This document shows, piece after piece, positions 1-10,266 of a stretch of DNA of 32,000 nucleotides. The DNA lies in contig NZ_LN831039.1 of NCBI RefSeq assembly GCF_001457595.1, forward strand, positions 3,630,001-3,662,000, given 5' to 3'. Position 1 is the first letter of the stretch. Every line of letters starts with the position of its first letter. Position numbers and translations under genes: made by a program. Below the pieces are notes generated by a model that did no database searches, was not told where the DNA came from, and saw nothing but the letters and a program-made list of their open reading frames with translations. The stretch is from Mycolicibacterium smegmatis. GTDB taxonomy: Bacteria > Actinomycetota > Actinomycetes > Mycobacteriales > Mycobacteriaceae.

Positions 1-68
1 CGGGCTCGGGCGGGCACCGTTAGGCTTTGCGGTCACCAGCGGTCTGACGGAGGGCTTGCACGGAGGTC

Positions 69-320
69 ATGTCGGTTTTCTGGCGGTATGTCCGCATCCA
101 GCTGATGGTGTTCGTGGTCGGCATCGTCGGACCCATCTTTCTGCTCGTTTACTTTGCTGCGCAACCAGATCCGACGATCAAGTGGATGTACTACACCGGC
201 CTGCTGCTGACCGCCGGTGAGATACTGATCGCGCTGAATGTCACCGAGGCCATCAGCCGCCACCACCCGAGCACAGACGCCACGAAAGGTGACACGCATG
301 AACTCCCGCTCCGCGATTGA
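69..320 (+). CDS. Small hypothetical membrane protein (83 aa, two hydrophobic segments)
   Basis: ORF with GGAGG upstream (cacggaggtcATG); hydrophobic segments IQLMVFVVGIVGPIFLLVYF and WMYYTGLLLTAGEILIAL; overlaps the start of the amidase by 23 nt. Confidence 0.7.
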   Translation: MSVFWRYVRIQLMVFVVGIVGPIFLLVYFAAQPDPTIKWMYYTGLLLTAGEILIALNVTEAISRHHPSTDATKGDTHELPLRD

Positions 321-1770
321 GCTCGCCGACGTCGACGCGATCGGCCAGGCCGAGTTGCTCGCGGCAGGCGACCTCACCGCTGCCGAACTGCTCGAGGCGG
401 CGATTGTGCGAGTTGAGGCGACACGCCACCTCAACGCGGTGATCACGGATCTGTTCGAGCGCGGCCGCGCCCAGGCGGGCGCCCTCGACGCGTCGGGTGT
501 GCTGCGCAAAGGTGAGGCCGGCCCGCTCGCGGGTGTGCCGTTCCTGCTCAAGGACCTCGGCGCCGCACTGGCCGGCGCACCGGAGGCCATGGGGTCGGTC
601 GCCTTACGCGACCATGTGGCAACCGATTCGGCGTGGACGGTACAGCGGTACCTCGACGCCGGGCTTGTCGTGTTCGGCAAGACCAACACCCCGGAGTGGG
701 GTAACCACTGCACGACCGAGCCGGTGTTGTTCGGTCCCACGGTGAATCCCTGGGGTTCGGATGTCACGCCCGGTGGCTCCAGCGGCGGGTCGGCGGCGGC
801 CGTGGCGGCAGGTGTGGTGCCCGCCGCGTCCGGCGGGGACGGGACGGGGTCGATCCGGGTGCCCGCATCGTGTTGCGGCCTCGTGGGACTCAAGCCGCGG
901 CGCGGCCGGTCGTCGTTCGCACCCGACGGCGGGCACGGTCTTGAGGGGCTGGTGAACAGCCACGCACTGACCCGCACCGTGCGTGACTGCGCCGCCCTGC
1001 TCGACGTCATCGCGGGCAGCGTCAGCGGTGATCCCTACGCCGCGCCCGCCGCGGAAACCCCGTTCCTGCAGTCACTCACACCCCCGCCGCCCCTTCGTGT
1101 GTTGATGTCGACCGGGTCGCCCTTCCCGAACGACGGAGTCGATCCGCAGGTCGTCGCCGCGGTGGAGGCGACCGGCCGGATCCTGGAGTCGCTGGGGCAC
1201 CACGTGACGCCGGGTCCCGGACCGGTCATCGACCCGGACGCCGTCGCCGACGCGATCGCGGTGCTGCACAACGTCAGCAACGCCCAACTGCACGCGTTCG
1301 CCGCATCGCACCTCGGCCGCGAACCACGTGAGGACGAGTTCGAGCCGAGCACCTGGGTGATGATCCGCGAAGGGTTCACGACCACGGGTGTGGCGTACGC
1401 CGAGGCCATATCCACCGTGCACGCCCAGACCCGCCGGTTCGCCGCGGGCATGTCCGGTCACGACGTGTTGCTGGTGCCCACGCTGCTCACCACGACGCCG
1501 CCGTATGCGTTGCTGAACCAGCCCCGCGGTACCACGCGCGCGTTCTTCGATGTCGAGTTCGCCACCACGGGGTGGACGTCGCTCGCGAATGTCACGGGCT
1601 GGGCGGCGATTTCGCTGCCGCTCGGGGTGAGCGGCGACGGGCTGCCGGTCGGGGTGCAGCTCATGGCGCCCGACGAGGCGGTGCTGCTGGGCCTGGCGGC
1701 CGCGATCGAGGAGGCCGCACCGTGGGCCGACCGCAAGCCGGCCGGATGGGTGAGGACCGACGGGGCGTAA
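298..1770 (+). CDS. Amidase (amidase signature family)
   Basis: Translation contains PFLLKDLGAA, KTNTPEWG and GGSSGGSAAAVAAGVVPAASGGDGTGSIRVPA, typical of the Ser-cisSer-Lys amidase signature. ATG at 298 preferred over 238; AAAGGTGA upstream. Confidence 0.93.
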   Translation: MNSRSAIELADVDAIGQAELLAAGDLTAAELLEAAIVRVEATRHLNAVITDLFERGRAQAGALDASGVLRKGEAGPLAGVPFLLKDLGAALAGAPEAMGSVALRDHVATDSAWTVQRYLDAGLVVFGKTNTPEWGNHCTTEPVLFGPTVNPWGSDVTPGGSSGGSAAAVAAGVVPAASGGDGTGSIRVPASCCGLVGLKPRRGRSSFAPDGGHGLEGLVNSHALTRTVRDCAALLDVIAGSVSGDPYAAPAAETPFLQSLTPPPPLRVLMSTGSPFPNDGVDPQVVAAVEATGRILESLGHHVTPGPGPVIDPDAVADAIAVLHNVSNAQLHAFAASHLGREPREDEFEPSTWVMIREGFTTTGVAYAEAISTVHAQTRRFAAGMSGHDVLLVPTLLTTTPPYALLNQPRGTTRAFFDVEFATTGWTSLANVTGWAAISLPLGVSGDGLPVGVQLMAPDEAVLLGLAAAIEEAAPWADRKPAGWVRTDGA

Positions 1771-1792
1771 CACCTGACCGTAGGGTCGAGAC

Positions 1793-3190
1793 ATGTCGCG
1801 CCGCACTGCAGGACTGGATGTCGCCGTCTCCCACGCCAAGGCGTTTCTCGCTCAACTCGACGACCGGCCGGTCGCGGCGCGTGGCGACGCCTCGGCCGTA
1901 CGGCAGCTGCTCGGCGCACCCCTGCCCGAAACCGGTGAGGATCCGGCAGCGGTGATCGAGGGGCTGGCCGTCGGTGCCGAACCGGGGCTGGTGGCCGGCG
2001 CGGGCCCGCGGCACTTCGGGTTCGTGATCGGTGGATCGCTTCCCGCCGCGCTGGGCGCGGATTGGCTGGTCTCGGCGTGGGATCAGTGCGCGGCGTTCCA
2101 CGCGCTGTCCCCCGCCGCGACCGCGATCGAGGAGATCACCGCCGGATGGGTGCTCGACCTTCTCGGCCTGCCCGCCGAATGCGGCGTCGGGTTCGTCACC
2201 GGCGCGCAGGCCGCGAACACGACCGGTCTGGCCGCCGCGCGCCACGCCGTGCTGGCCCGCGCGGGCTGGGACGTCAGCCGCGACGGACTCATCGGCGCGC
2301 CGCGGATCCGGGTCGTGTGCGGTGGGCAGGCGCACACGACCGTGTACGCGGCACTGCGGCTGCTCGGACTCGGTGAAGCCTCTGCGGCCCGGGTCGCGGT
2401 CGACGATCAGGGCCGTATGCGGCCCGAGGCCCTGGCCGAGACCCTGGCCGCGGGCACCGGTCCCGCCATCGTGTGTGCCCAGGCCGGCAACGTCGCCACG
2501 GGTGCGTTCGACGACCTGGACGTTATCGCCGACATCTGTTCCGACCACGACGCGTGGTTGCACGTCGACGGCGCGTTCGGGTTGTGGGCGGCCGCCGCGC
2601 CGTCGACCCGGCACCTCACCGCGGGCGTGGCGCGGGCCGACTCGTGGGCGGTGGACGCGCACAAGTGGCTCAACGTGCCGTACGACTGCGCGATGGCGAT
2701 CGTGCGCGATGCCGACGCGCATGTCGCGGCGATGAGCCTGGCCGGCCCGTATCTCGTCGTCGACCCGGGACAACGCGACAACACGAACTTCGTGCCGGAG
2801 AGTTCGCGGCGCGCCCGGGCGGTCCCGGTGTACGCCGCGCTGCGCTCGCTGGGCCGCGCCGGATTGGCCGATCTGATCGAACGCAATTGCGCGCAGGCGC
2901 GAAGGGTGGCCCGGCTGCTCGCCGAGATCCCGGGTGCGCAGATCCTCAACGACGTCGTGCTCAACCAGGTCCTGGTGCGGTTGCCCGGCGGCGACGAGGC
3001 GACCCGGCGGGCCGTCGCCGCGATCCAGGCCGACGGCACGTGCTGGCTGGGCGGCACGACGTGGAACGACGAGTTCGTGCTGCGCCTGTCGTTCACCAAC
3101 TGGGCCACCAGCGACGACGATGTCGACCGTTCTGCGGCCGCGATCACCGACGCTGTGGCATCGTCTCGGACGTCACAACAGCCCGGCTGA
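1793..3190 (+). CDS. Pyridoxal-phosphate-dependent decarboxylase (group II / glutamate-aromatic amino acid decarboxylase-like)
   Basis: 465 aa; GFVTGAQAANTTGLAAARHAVLARAGWDV, VHVDGAFGLW-type motif (WLHVDGAFGLWAAA) and PLP lysine motif WAVDAHKWLNVPYDCA. Confidence 0.88.
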   Translation: MSRRTAGLDVAVSHAKAFLAQLDDRPVAARGDASAVRQLLGAPLPETGEDPAAVIEGLAVGAEPGLVAGAGPRHFGFVIGGSLPAALGADWLVSAWDQCAAFHALSPAATAIEEITAGWVLDLLGLPAECGVGFVTGAQAANTTGLAAARHAVLARAGWDVSRDGLIGAPRIRVVCGGQAHTTVYAALRLLGLGEASAARVAVDDQGRMRPEALAETLAAGTGPAIVCAQAGNVATGAFDDLDVIADICSDHDAWLHVDGAFGLWAAAAPSTRHLTAGVARADSWAVDAHKWLNVPYDCAMAIVRDADAHVAAMSLAGPYLVVDPGQRDNTNFVPESSRRARAVPVYAALRSLGRAGLADLIERNCAQARRVARLLAEIPGAQILNDVVLNQVLVRLPGGDEATRRAVAAIQADGTCWLGGTTWNDEFVLRLSFTNWATSDDDVDRSAAAITDAVASSRTSQQPG

Positions 3191-3312
3191 TGAGGTGGGG
3201 GTCGGCGCGCCGGACCCCGCCGAATATCCTCTGAGGCGAACGGGCCGCGCCGGCACCACCCGGCAGGCCGCAAACACGATGACAGCAGCGTCTTCAAAGG
3301 AGTGGACACCCC

Positions 3313-4206
3313 ATGGTGAACCAGCAGCAGGCCGACAAGATGACTTCGGGGCAGGGCTTCATCGCCGCGCTCGACCAGAGCGGTGGGTCGACCCCCAAGG
3401 CGCTGCGTCTGTACGGCGTCGAGGAGAGCGCCTACTCCAACGAAGACGAGATGTTCGACCTGATCCACCAGATGCGCTCGCGCATCATCACCTCGCCTTC
3501 CTTCGGTGGCGACCGTGTGCTGGCGGCGATCCTGTTCGAGCAGACCATGGACCGCACCATCGAGGGCAAGCCGTCGGCGACCTACCTCTGGGAGGACAAG
3601 GGCGTCGTGCCGCTGCTCAAGATCGACAAGGGTCTGGCCGAGGAGGCCGACGGCGTCCAGTTGATGAAGCCTATGCCCACCCTCGACGACCTGCTCGCAC
3701 GCGGTGTGAAGAACGGCATCTTCGGCACCAAGGAGCGTTCGGTGATCGGTGCGGCCAACCCGACCGGTGTGGCCGCCGTCGTGGCCCAGCAGTTCGAGGT
3801 CGCCAAGCAGGTGCTCTCGCACGGGCTCGTCCCGATCATCGAGCCCGAGGTGACCATCTCGATCGCGGACAAGGCCGAGGCCGAGGATCTGCTCAAGGCC
3901 GAGATCACCAAGAACCTCGACAGCCTGGCCGACGATCAGAAGGTCATGCTGAAGCTGTCGCTGCCGACCGTGGCCAACCACTACAAGTCGCTGGTCGACC
4001 ACCCGAAGGTCATGCGCGTCGTCGCGCTGTCCGGTGGTTACAGCCGTGACGAGGCCAACAAGCTGCTGGCGCAGAACACCGGCGTCATCGCGAGCTTCAG
4101 CCGGGCACTGACCGAAGGCCTGTCCGCCCAGCAGAGTGACGAGGAGTTCAACTCCACGCTCGCCGCGTCGATCCAGTCGATCTACGACGCCTCGGTCGCG
4201 GGCTGA
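3313..4206 (+). CDS. fda: Fructose-bisphosphate aldolase class I
   Basis: 297 aa; [52 protein letters not shown]-like ([12 protein letters not shown]), [14 protein letters not shown]; closely resembles bacterial class I aldolases of the Fda type; GGAG upstream. Confidence 0.93.
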   Translation: MVNQQQADKMTSGQGFIAALDQSGGSTPKALRLYGVEESAYSNEDEMFDLIHQMRSRIITSPSFGGDRVLAAILFEQTMDRTIEGKPSATYLWEDKGVVPLLKIDKGLAEEADGVQLMKPMPTLDDLLARGVKNGIFGTKERSVIGAANPTGVAAVVAQQFEVAKQVLSHGLVPIIEPEVTISIADKAEAEDLLKAEITKNLDSLADDQKVMLKLSLPTVANHYKSLVDHPKVMRVVALSGGYSRDEANKLLAQNTGVIASFSRALTEGLSAQQSDEEFNSTLAASIQSIYDASVAG

Positions 4207-4236
4207 CGAGCCGGCCAGGGAACAGGCGAGGGACGC

Positions 4237-5160
4237 GTGGCCATGGTCATCCCGATCGACCGCCCCAAGCTGGAAGGCAACGTCGCCGTCGACGATGACC
4301 GCAGGCTCGGGTTCGCCGAATTCGGTGACCCGCAGGGGCGCGCCATCTTCTGGTTGCACGGCACGCCCGGCGCCCGCCGCCAGATTCCCACCGAGGCCAG
4401 GGCGTACGCCGAGCAGAACGGTGTGAGGCTGATCGGCGTGGACCGGCCCGGTATCGGGTCGTCCACGCCGCACCAGTACGAGTGCGTCCTGGACTTCGCG
4501 TCCGACCTGCGGACCATCGCCGACACCCTCGGCATCGACAAGTTGGCGGTCATCGGGCTCTCCGGTGGTGGCCCTTACACGCTGGCGTGCGCGGCGGCGA
4601 TGCCCGATCGCGTCGTCGCGGCCGGTGTGCTGGGCGGCGTCGCCCCCATGGTTGGTCCCGACGCAATCAGCAGCCCTCTGATGCAACTGGGCGCCGTGGT
4701 GGCACCGGTATTGCAGGTCGCGGGCGGCCCGATCCGGCTGGTCGCCTCGGGGATGATCCGGTTGATCCGTCCGGTCGCGTCACCGGCCCTGGAGATCTAC
4801 GCCCGACTGTCCCCCGAGGGCGACCGCCGGATGCTGGGCCGGCCCGAGTTCAAGGCCATGTTCCTCGACGACCTGCTCAACGGCAGCCGCAAACAACTGG
4901 CCGCGCCGTTCTACGACATCGTGGTGTTCGAGCGGGACTGGGGATTCCGCCTCGACGAGGTCACGGTCCCCGTGCGGTGGTGGCACGGCGATCACGACCA
5001 CATCGTGCCGTTCGCGCACGGTCAGCACGTGGTGTCCCGGCTGCAAGACGCGAAACTCACCGAACTGCCGTACGAGAGTCACCTGGGCGGCTTGGGCTGC
5101 GCGCAGGAGATCATGGGGACGATGCTCCAGATCTGGGACGAGACGTCCGCGTTGACGTAG
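4237..5160 (+). CDS. Alpha/beta hydrolase
   Basis: FWLHGTPGARRQ oxyanion-hole motif, nucleophile elbow GLSGGG, terminal His region ESHLGG. Upstream GTG alternatives exist. Confidence 0.9.
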   Translation: MAMVIPIDRPKLEGNVAVDDDRRLGFAEFGDPQGRAIFWLHGTPGARRQIPTEARAYAEQNGVRLIGVDRPGIGSSTPHQYECVLDFASDLRTIADTLGIDKLAVIGLSGGGPYTLACAAAMPDRVVAAGVLGGVAPMVGPDAISSPLMQLGAVVAPVLQVAGGPIRLVASGMIRLIRPVASPALEIYARLSPEGDRRMLGRPEFKAMFLDDLLNGSRKQLAAPFYDIVVFERDWGFRLDEVTVPVRWWHGDHDHIVPFAHGQHVVSRLQDAKLTELPYESHLGGLGCAQEIMGTMLQIWDETSALT

Positions 5161-5231
5161 GCCGCACTCCAGCGCATCGGCGACCCGGCGGACCTTGACC
5201 TCAACCATTGTTGAGGGTGGAGGCTGCGGTC

Positions 5232-5885
5232 ATGACGAACACCATGACGCAGATCCGCTCCGATCTCTGGCAGACCCGTACCGATTCCCCGTTCCCCGGA
5301 CTGACCACGCATTCCTATCTGTGGAAACCTAACGGGCACAGTAGCTCTCCGGGCGTACTGTTCTACAGTCCCGCCACCGACGCCGACTTCGCCGCGATCG
5401 ACGCTCTCGGCGGCGTCGGCCATCAGTATCTGTCGCATCAGGACGAGGCCGGGCCCATGCTCGCGCGGATCGCCGAGCACTACGGGGCCCGCCTGCACGC
5501 GCCCGCGGCCGAACTCGCCAACATCGCCAGGCACGCAAAAGTGCACGTTCCGCTCGACCGGCGCCACCGCGACGACAATGGTGTCGAGGTGATCCCGACG
5601 CCGGGCCACAGCCCGGGCAGCACAAGCTATCTCGTCGACGGTGCCGACGGGCGTTACCTGTTCACCGGTGACACCGTGTTCGTCGACCACGCGGGGCGGT
5701 GGTCGACGTTCGTGATCCCCGGGATCGGCGACCCTGCCGATATGGCCGAGAGCCTGCGATTGCTGGCGACCCTGGAACCCGACGTGGTGATCTCCAGCGC
5801 GTTCGGCGGCGCGGCGGTCAGCACGATCGACGACCGCCCGTGGGCGCGTTGCGTCGACGAGGCGATGGGCAGCCTCGCCGCCTGA
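5232..5885 (+). CDS. MBL-fold metallo-hydrolase
   Basis: TPGHSPGSTSYLVDGADGRYLFTGDTVFVDHAG matches metal-binding motifs 3-4 of metallo-beta-lactamase-fold hydrolases, although the canonical HxHxDH motif is degenerate (SHQDEAG). ATG at 5232 preferred over 5208. Confidence 0.75.
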   Translation: MTNTMTQIRSDLWQTRTDSPFPGLTTHSYLWKPNGHSSSPGVLFYSPATDADFAAIDALGGVGHQYLSHQDEAGPMLARIAEHYGARLHAPAAELANIARHAKVHVPLDRRHRDDNGVEVIPTPGHSPGSTSYLVDGADGRYLFTGDTVFVDHAGRWSTFVIPGIGDPADMAESLRLLATLEPDVVISSAFGGAAVSTIDDRPWARCVDEAMGSLAA

Positions 5886-5902
5886 CTCGGCGATCGGCCG
5901 CC

Positions 5903-5929
5903 GAATACAGGTATTCCCCTACTCTAGGG
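5903..5929. promoter_or_regulatory. Two adjacent inverted repeats (GAATAC-AG-GTATTC and CCCTA-CTC-TAGGG), candidate operator
   Basis: Directly readable: gaatac(5903-5908)ag gtattc(5911-5916), then ccta-type arm ccc ta(5917-5921) ctc taggg(5925-5929). Located 66-92 nt upstream of ATG 5995. Confidence 0.45.
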
Positions 5930-5994
5930 ACCGGGCCGCATCCGGCCGATACTTCGCAGAAGGGCCCACCCGGGCCTTCGAACGGAGGTCGGCC

Positions 5995-7348
5995 ATGGCC
6001 GGACAGGCAGTCGTTCTGGGTGCCAGCATGAGCGGTCTGTTGGCCGCGCGGGTGCTCGCGGACCACTTCGACACCGTCGCCGTGGTGGAACGTGACGTGC
6101 TGCCCGACGGCACCGACCAGCGACGCGGGGTCCCGCAGGGCCGGCATGTCCACGGCCTGCTCTGTGCGGGCGCGTCGGCACTCGACGCGTTGTTCCCGGG
6201 CTTCCTCGACGAACTGGCCGCCGACGGGGCGACCAGGCTCGACGAGCGCGGCGCCCACCGGCTGTCGATGATGTTCGGCGGTCATCCCCTGCACTTCCCC
6301 ATGAGCTTCACCCGCCCGCTGGTGTCGTACCTGTGCAGTCGCCCATTCCTGGAAACACATGTGCGCCAACGAGTTCGCTCGACCGGCAACATCCAGATCC
6401 TCGACGGCCACGACGTCGCCGACATGACGATGTCCGGCGACGGCCGACGCGTCTCCGGCGTGCGGATCGCCGACCGGGCCGGCGGTGCCGAACAGACGCT
6501 GGACGCCGACCTGGTGGTGGACGCCACGGGGCGGTCCGCGCGGACCCCGGCCTTCCTCGAACGCCACGGTTATCCACGTCCGGTCGAGGAGCGGATCGCG
6601 ATCCAGGTCGCGTACTCGAGCCAACTGCTACGAATCCCCCGCGATGCCGTCGAGCAGAGATTGTTCTTGATCGCACCGGCACCCGAGCTGGCCGCCGCCG
6701 CGGCGCTGTTCGCCTACGAGAACGACACCTGGATGTTCACCGCGGTGGGTCTGACGGGAAACGACCCGCCGACCGATCCCGACGGCATGCGGGCGTTCGT
6801 CGCGCCGTTCGCACCGCAGGCGTTGCGTGCCGCACTCGACGCCGCGCAGCCACTGAGCCAGGTGTCCGGTTACCGCTATCCCGCCAGCGTACGTAGACGG
6901 TACGACCGGATACGCCGCTTTCCTCTCGGACTGCTGGTGACCGGCGACGCGATCTGCAGCTTCAATCCGGCCTACGGCCAAGGCATGTCGGTGGCGGCGC
7001 TCGAAGCACTCATCCTGCGTGACTGCCTGGAATCCGGAACCCGCGACCTGCACCGGCGTTTCCAGCATTCGGCGGCGAAACTGCTCGACCGGGTGTGGCA
7101 GATGGCCGCGGGTGCCGACCTCACCTTCCCTCAGGTCGAAGGGCCGCGACCGGTGTCCATCCGTCTCAACAACTGGTACACCGACCGCGTACTGACCGCA
7201 GCAGAGAGCGACACGACGGTCAGCGAGGCGTTCTTCCGGGTGATGAACCTCGTCGACCCGCCGACCCGGCTGCTGCGGCCGTCGGTCCTCGCGCGGTCGA
7301 TCGCCGCCCGGTCACACCGTGCCCCTGCGACGGCGACAGGCCAGCTGA
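5995..7348 (+). CDS. FAD-dependent oxidoreductase (aromatic hydroxylase/squalene epoxidase-like family); 3' end probably frameshifted
   Basis: MAGQAVVLGASMSGLLAARVLADHFDTVAVVERD is a GxGxxG-type FAD motif and GLLVTGDAICSFNPAYGQGMSVAALEA the second FAD motif. Frame stays open to 8931 but after about 7320 it is antisense to cinA. A TGA at 7346-7348 in the +1 frame is the likely ancestral stop. Confidence 0.75.
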
Positions 7349-7377
7349 GCGCGGCCCCCGGGGGTCACGAGCGACCG

Positions 7378-8661
7378 CTAGTCGCTCTCGCCGCGCAGGG
7401 CGCGCCGCAGCAGGTGCATGGCCACGGTGGTGGACCGTTCCCGGATGTCGGAGCGGTTTCCCGGCAGCAGCAGCGTGCGGGTGATCGACGCACCCTCCGC
7501 GCGCACAGCGAAACACACTGTGCCGACCGGTTTTTCCGTGGAACCTCCGCCTGGTCCCGCGATTCCGGTGATCGCGACCGCGGTGTCGGCCTCGAAGTGG
7601 TGCATGGCGCCGGTGGCCATCGCCTTGGCAACGGGTTCGGAGACCGCACCGTGCTCGGCGATCAGCACCGGGTCGACGTTCAGCATCTCGGCCTTGGGGG
7701 TGTTGGCATAGGCGACGATGCCGCCCATCATGTACTGCGACGCTCCGGGCTGATCGGTCAGGCGGGCGGCCAGGAGCCCTGCCGTGCAGGATTCGGCGGT
7801 CGCGATGTGCCGGCCGACCAGCAGCGCGGCCACCTGCTGGTCGACGGTCGAACCGTCCTCGGAGTACACCGCGTCGCCGTGGCGATCACGCAGAACGTCG
7901 AGCAGTTGCCCGTACGCGTCGGCGGCGGCGGGTTCGTAGCGCGTGACGATCTCCAGTTCGCCGCGCCGCAGGCATGTGGTGATCTCCAGTTGGTCGAACC
8001 CGGCGATCGACTGCTCGGCGTCCCGCAGGGTCTCGGCGAGCCCGGACTCGGCGAGGCCGAACATCCGGATCATCTCCTGGCGGTACACCGTGCGGCCGGC
8101 GATCGCCTGGCGCACGGGTTCGGTGTCGACCGCACGCAACCACATGGGCTGCAACTCGCGTGGCGGACCGGGCAGCACGACGACAGTCGGGCTGCCGGGG
8201 CTCCCCTGCACCACGACGCCCGGAGCGGTGCCGACCGGTTCCAGGATCTCAGCTCCTTGCGGAATCAGCGCCTGCTTGCGGTTGGCGGTGCGCACGGCCT
8301 CGAAGTTCTCCTCGGACAGGTTCCGGCCCGCGGTCAACCGGCGCAGGATCGCAGCGATCCGCTCCTCGAGTGCCGCGTCGAGGACGAGTTCACGGCCACA
8401 GAACTCGGCGACCGTGGCCACCGTGAGGTCGTCGGCCGTGGGTCCGAGCCCGCCACTGGTGATGATCAGGTCGACGCACTCGTCGGCCAGGAACTTGAGC
8501 TGGGCGGCGATGTCGCCGGGGCGGTCGCCGCAGATCGTGATGTGTGCCAACTCAACGCCCAGCTCGAGAAGCTGGTCGGCCAGCCACGGGCCGTTGAGAT
8601 CCTGGATCCGGCCGGTGAGGACCTCGGTTCCGGTGATGACGATGCCTGCACGTGCGCTCAC
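7378..8661 (-). CDS. cinA: CinA family protein (competence/damage-inducible, nicotinamide-nucleotide amidohydrolase-like)
   Basis: N-terminal MoCF domain [31 protein letters not shown]...[15 protein letters not shown] and C-terminal domain [25 protein letters not shown]...[22 protein letters not shown] start at 8661. Confidence 0.93.
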   Translation of the reverse strand: MSARAGIVITGTEVLTGRIQDLNGPWLADQLLELGVELAHITICGDRPGDIAAQLKFLADECVDLIITSGGLGPTADDLTVATVAEFCGRELVLDAALEERIAAILRRLTAGRNLSEENFEAVRTANRKQALIPQGAEILEPVGTAPGVVVQGSPGSPTVVVLPGPPRELQPMWLRAVDTEPVRQAIAGRTVYRQEMIRMFGLAESGLAETLRDAEQSIAGFDQLEITTCLRRGELEIVTRYEPAAADAYGQLLDVLRDRHGDAVYSEDGSTVDQQVAALLVGRHIATAESCTAGLLAARLTDQPGASQYMMGGIVAYANTPKAEMLNVDPVLIAEHGAVSEPVAKAMATGAMHHFEADTAVAITGIAGPGGGSTEKPVGTVCFAVRAEGASITRTLLLPGNRSDIRERSTTVAMHLLRRALRGESD

Positions 8662-8719
8662 GACGTGCACACTACGCACCGGGCAGATGCTCGTCGGCCG
8701 GTACAGGCCCGCGAGTCGG

Positions 8720-9928
8720 TCAGAATCCGTATCCCAGCTCTGCGGGCACATCGCCGGCGAAGGCCGCACCGAACTGTTGCAGCAGTTCGGAGTCCTTGCT
8801 GCGCAACCGGTTCGCCGCGGCGAATCCGTCGACGCGGTGTGCACCGAGATAGAGACCGCCGAGCACGTCGAGATCGATCTCGATGTCGGCCGGGGCATCC
8901 GTCGGCGTGCACCGCGCCCGGCCGCCGCTGATCTGCAGTGCGAAACGTCCACCGTCGCTGCGGAACCCGTCGGCGACGTCGAGCACGACGTCCAGATCGG
9001 CTTGGTAGCGGCGCGCTTCCAGTGCGGCGGGGACGTTCATGATGCGGATCCACAGGTCGTCGGCGCTGGCGGTGACCTGCGCCTGCCGTGGGTCGGTGAG
9101 CAGGTACGGCAACGGATCGTGGGGGTGCGTGCCGATGCTCACGCGGTCGATCAGATCGAGCCCCAGCAACGCGCGCCACAGCGCCGCGTGCGCGTCGGCG
9201 GTCACCGCGGTCAACTCGACGACGTGTGCCGATCTCCGGCCGTCCGGACCCCGGTCGACGCGGTAGAGCGCGTAACCGTCCTGGTGGCCGAACGCGAACA
9301 ACTCGCCGCCACCGCGCCGCGACTCCGGCCGGTCGGCCAGCAGGTCGTCCCACAACGCATCGGGGCGCACCAAACCGCCAGGTGTGCGACGGCGCCAGCG
9401 GTCGTAGATGTCGGCGAGGCCGTCGCGGTGATCGGCAGGCACCAGCATCCGGACACCGCCCGGGTCGGGGGCCGCGGGATGGAATTGCGCGAGGCGCCGG
9501 TCGACCGACACGTGCTGCTCGATGGTCGCGACACCGTAGCCGAAGCGGCCGTAGATACCGCCCTCACTCGCGGTCAGCACGGCCAGTGGATAACCGGCGC
9601 GTGCGATGCGGTCGTGCAGTTCGGTGTACATCGCGCGCAGCACGCCCCGTCGGCGGTGTGTGGGTGCGACGGCCACGAAGCTGATACCGGCGACCGGCAG
9701 CACCTCGCCACCGGGAACGGTGAGCTGCATGTCCAGGTACAGCGACTGCCCGACAAAGGCGTCGTCGGTCTCGTCCGGAACCACCACGGTGGCGTCCGCG
9801 GGCACCATCGAGCGCCAGGCGGCCTGTGTCTGTTCGGGTTCGATGTCACCGAACGCGAAACGCGCCAGCAGCGCGATCCGCGTCCAGTCGTCGTCGGTGA
9901 TGGTGTGAAGGGTGCGCGGCGTGATCAC
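8720..9928 (-). CDS. eis: Eis-family GNAT N-acetyltransferase (enhanced intracellular survival protein)
   Basis: 402 aa; [54 protein letters not shown] is the characteristic Eis GNAT core, with C-terminal SCP2-like region. Confidence 0.93.
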   Translation of the reverse strand: MITPRTLHTITDDDWTRIALLARFAFGDIEPEQTQAAWRSMVPADATVVVPDETDDAFVGQSLYLDMQLTVPGGEVLPVAGISFVAVAPTHRRRGVLRAMYTELHDRIARAGYPLAVLTASEGGIYGRFGYGVATIEQHVSVDRRLAQFHPAAPDPGGVRMLVPADHRDGLADIYDRWRRRTPGGLVRPDALWDDLLADRPESRRGGGELFAFGHQDGYALYRVDRGPDGRRSAHVVELTAVTADAHAALWRALLGLDLIDRVSIGTHPHDPLPYLLTDPRQAQVTASADDLWIRIMNVPAALEARRYQADLDVVLDVADGFRSDGGRFALQISGGRARCTPTDAPADIEIDLDVLGGLYLGAHRVDGFAAANRLRSKDSELLQQFGAAFAGDVPAELGYGF

Positions 9929-9981
9929 AGATCTCGAATGTGCCAGAGCGGCGAACGGGAAGCGACCGATTTACCGGAGGC

Positions 9982-10209
9982 TCAACGCTTGAGCCAGCTG
10001 TTCACCGTCTTCTGCTCACGGGTGTAGGTGGTCATGATGTCCTCTTGGTACAGCGTGGCCCCGCTGATCGTGGTGGAACCCTGCCAGACCACGCGGATCT
10101 TGTGGGTGCCGCGCATGAAGACGTCAACGCGGCCGAGGTCACGGTGCTGCCAGCCGGTGGTCTCGGCCAGTTCGCGCACGTCGTGTCGCTCATCGGTGGT
10201 TGTGGTCAT
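9982..10209 (-). CDS. Conserved hypothetical 75-aa protein
   Basis: MTTTTDERHDVRELAETTGWQHRDLGRVDVFMRGTHKIRVVWQGSTTISGATLYQEDIMTTYTREQKTVNSWLKR; fits a co-directional string with short gaps (53 nt to eis, 57 nt from the SDR gene). Confidence 0.65.
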   Translation of the reverse strand: MTTTTDERHDVRELAETTGWQHRDLGRVDVFMRGTHKIRVVWQGSTTISGATLYQEDIMTTYTREQKTVNSWLKR

Positions 10210-10266
10210 GCCGTGAATCTTAGCTGCGGCCGATCGGCACGGTCACCGGGCGCGGGCGGGTGCCGC

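Noticed and set aside
2407-4686. 759-aa minus-strand ORF
   Set aside because: Lies opposite the PLP decarboxylase, aldolase and hydrolase, which all have clear family motifs; low-complexity R/G/V-rich composition typical of high-GC shadow frames.
7369-7387. GAGCGAC-CGCTA-GTCGCTC hairpin over the cinA stop
   Set aside because: A 7-bp stem without T tract in very GC-rich DNA; possible weak bidirectional terminator but not supportable.
7943-10027. 694-aa plus-strand ORF
   Set aside because: Antisense to cinA and eis, both confidently identified; no domain features.
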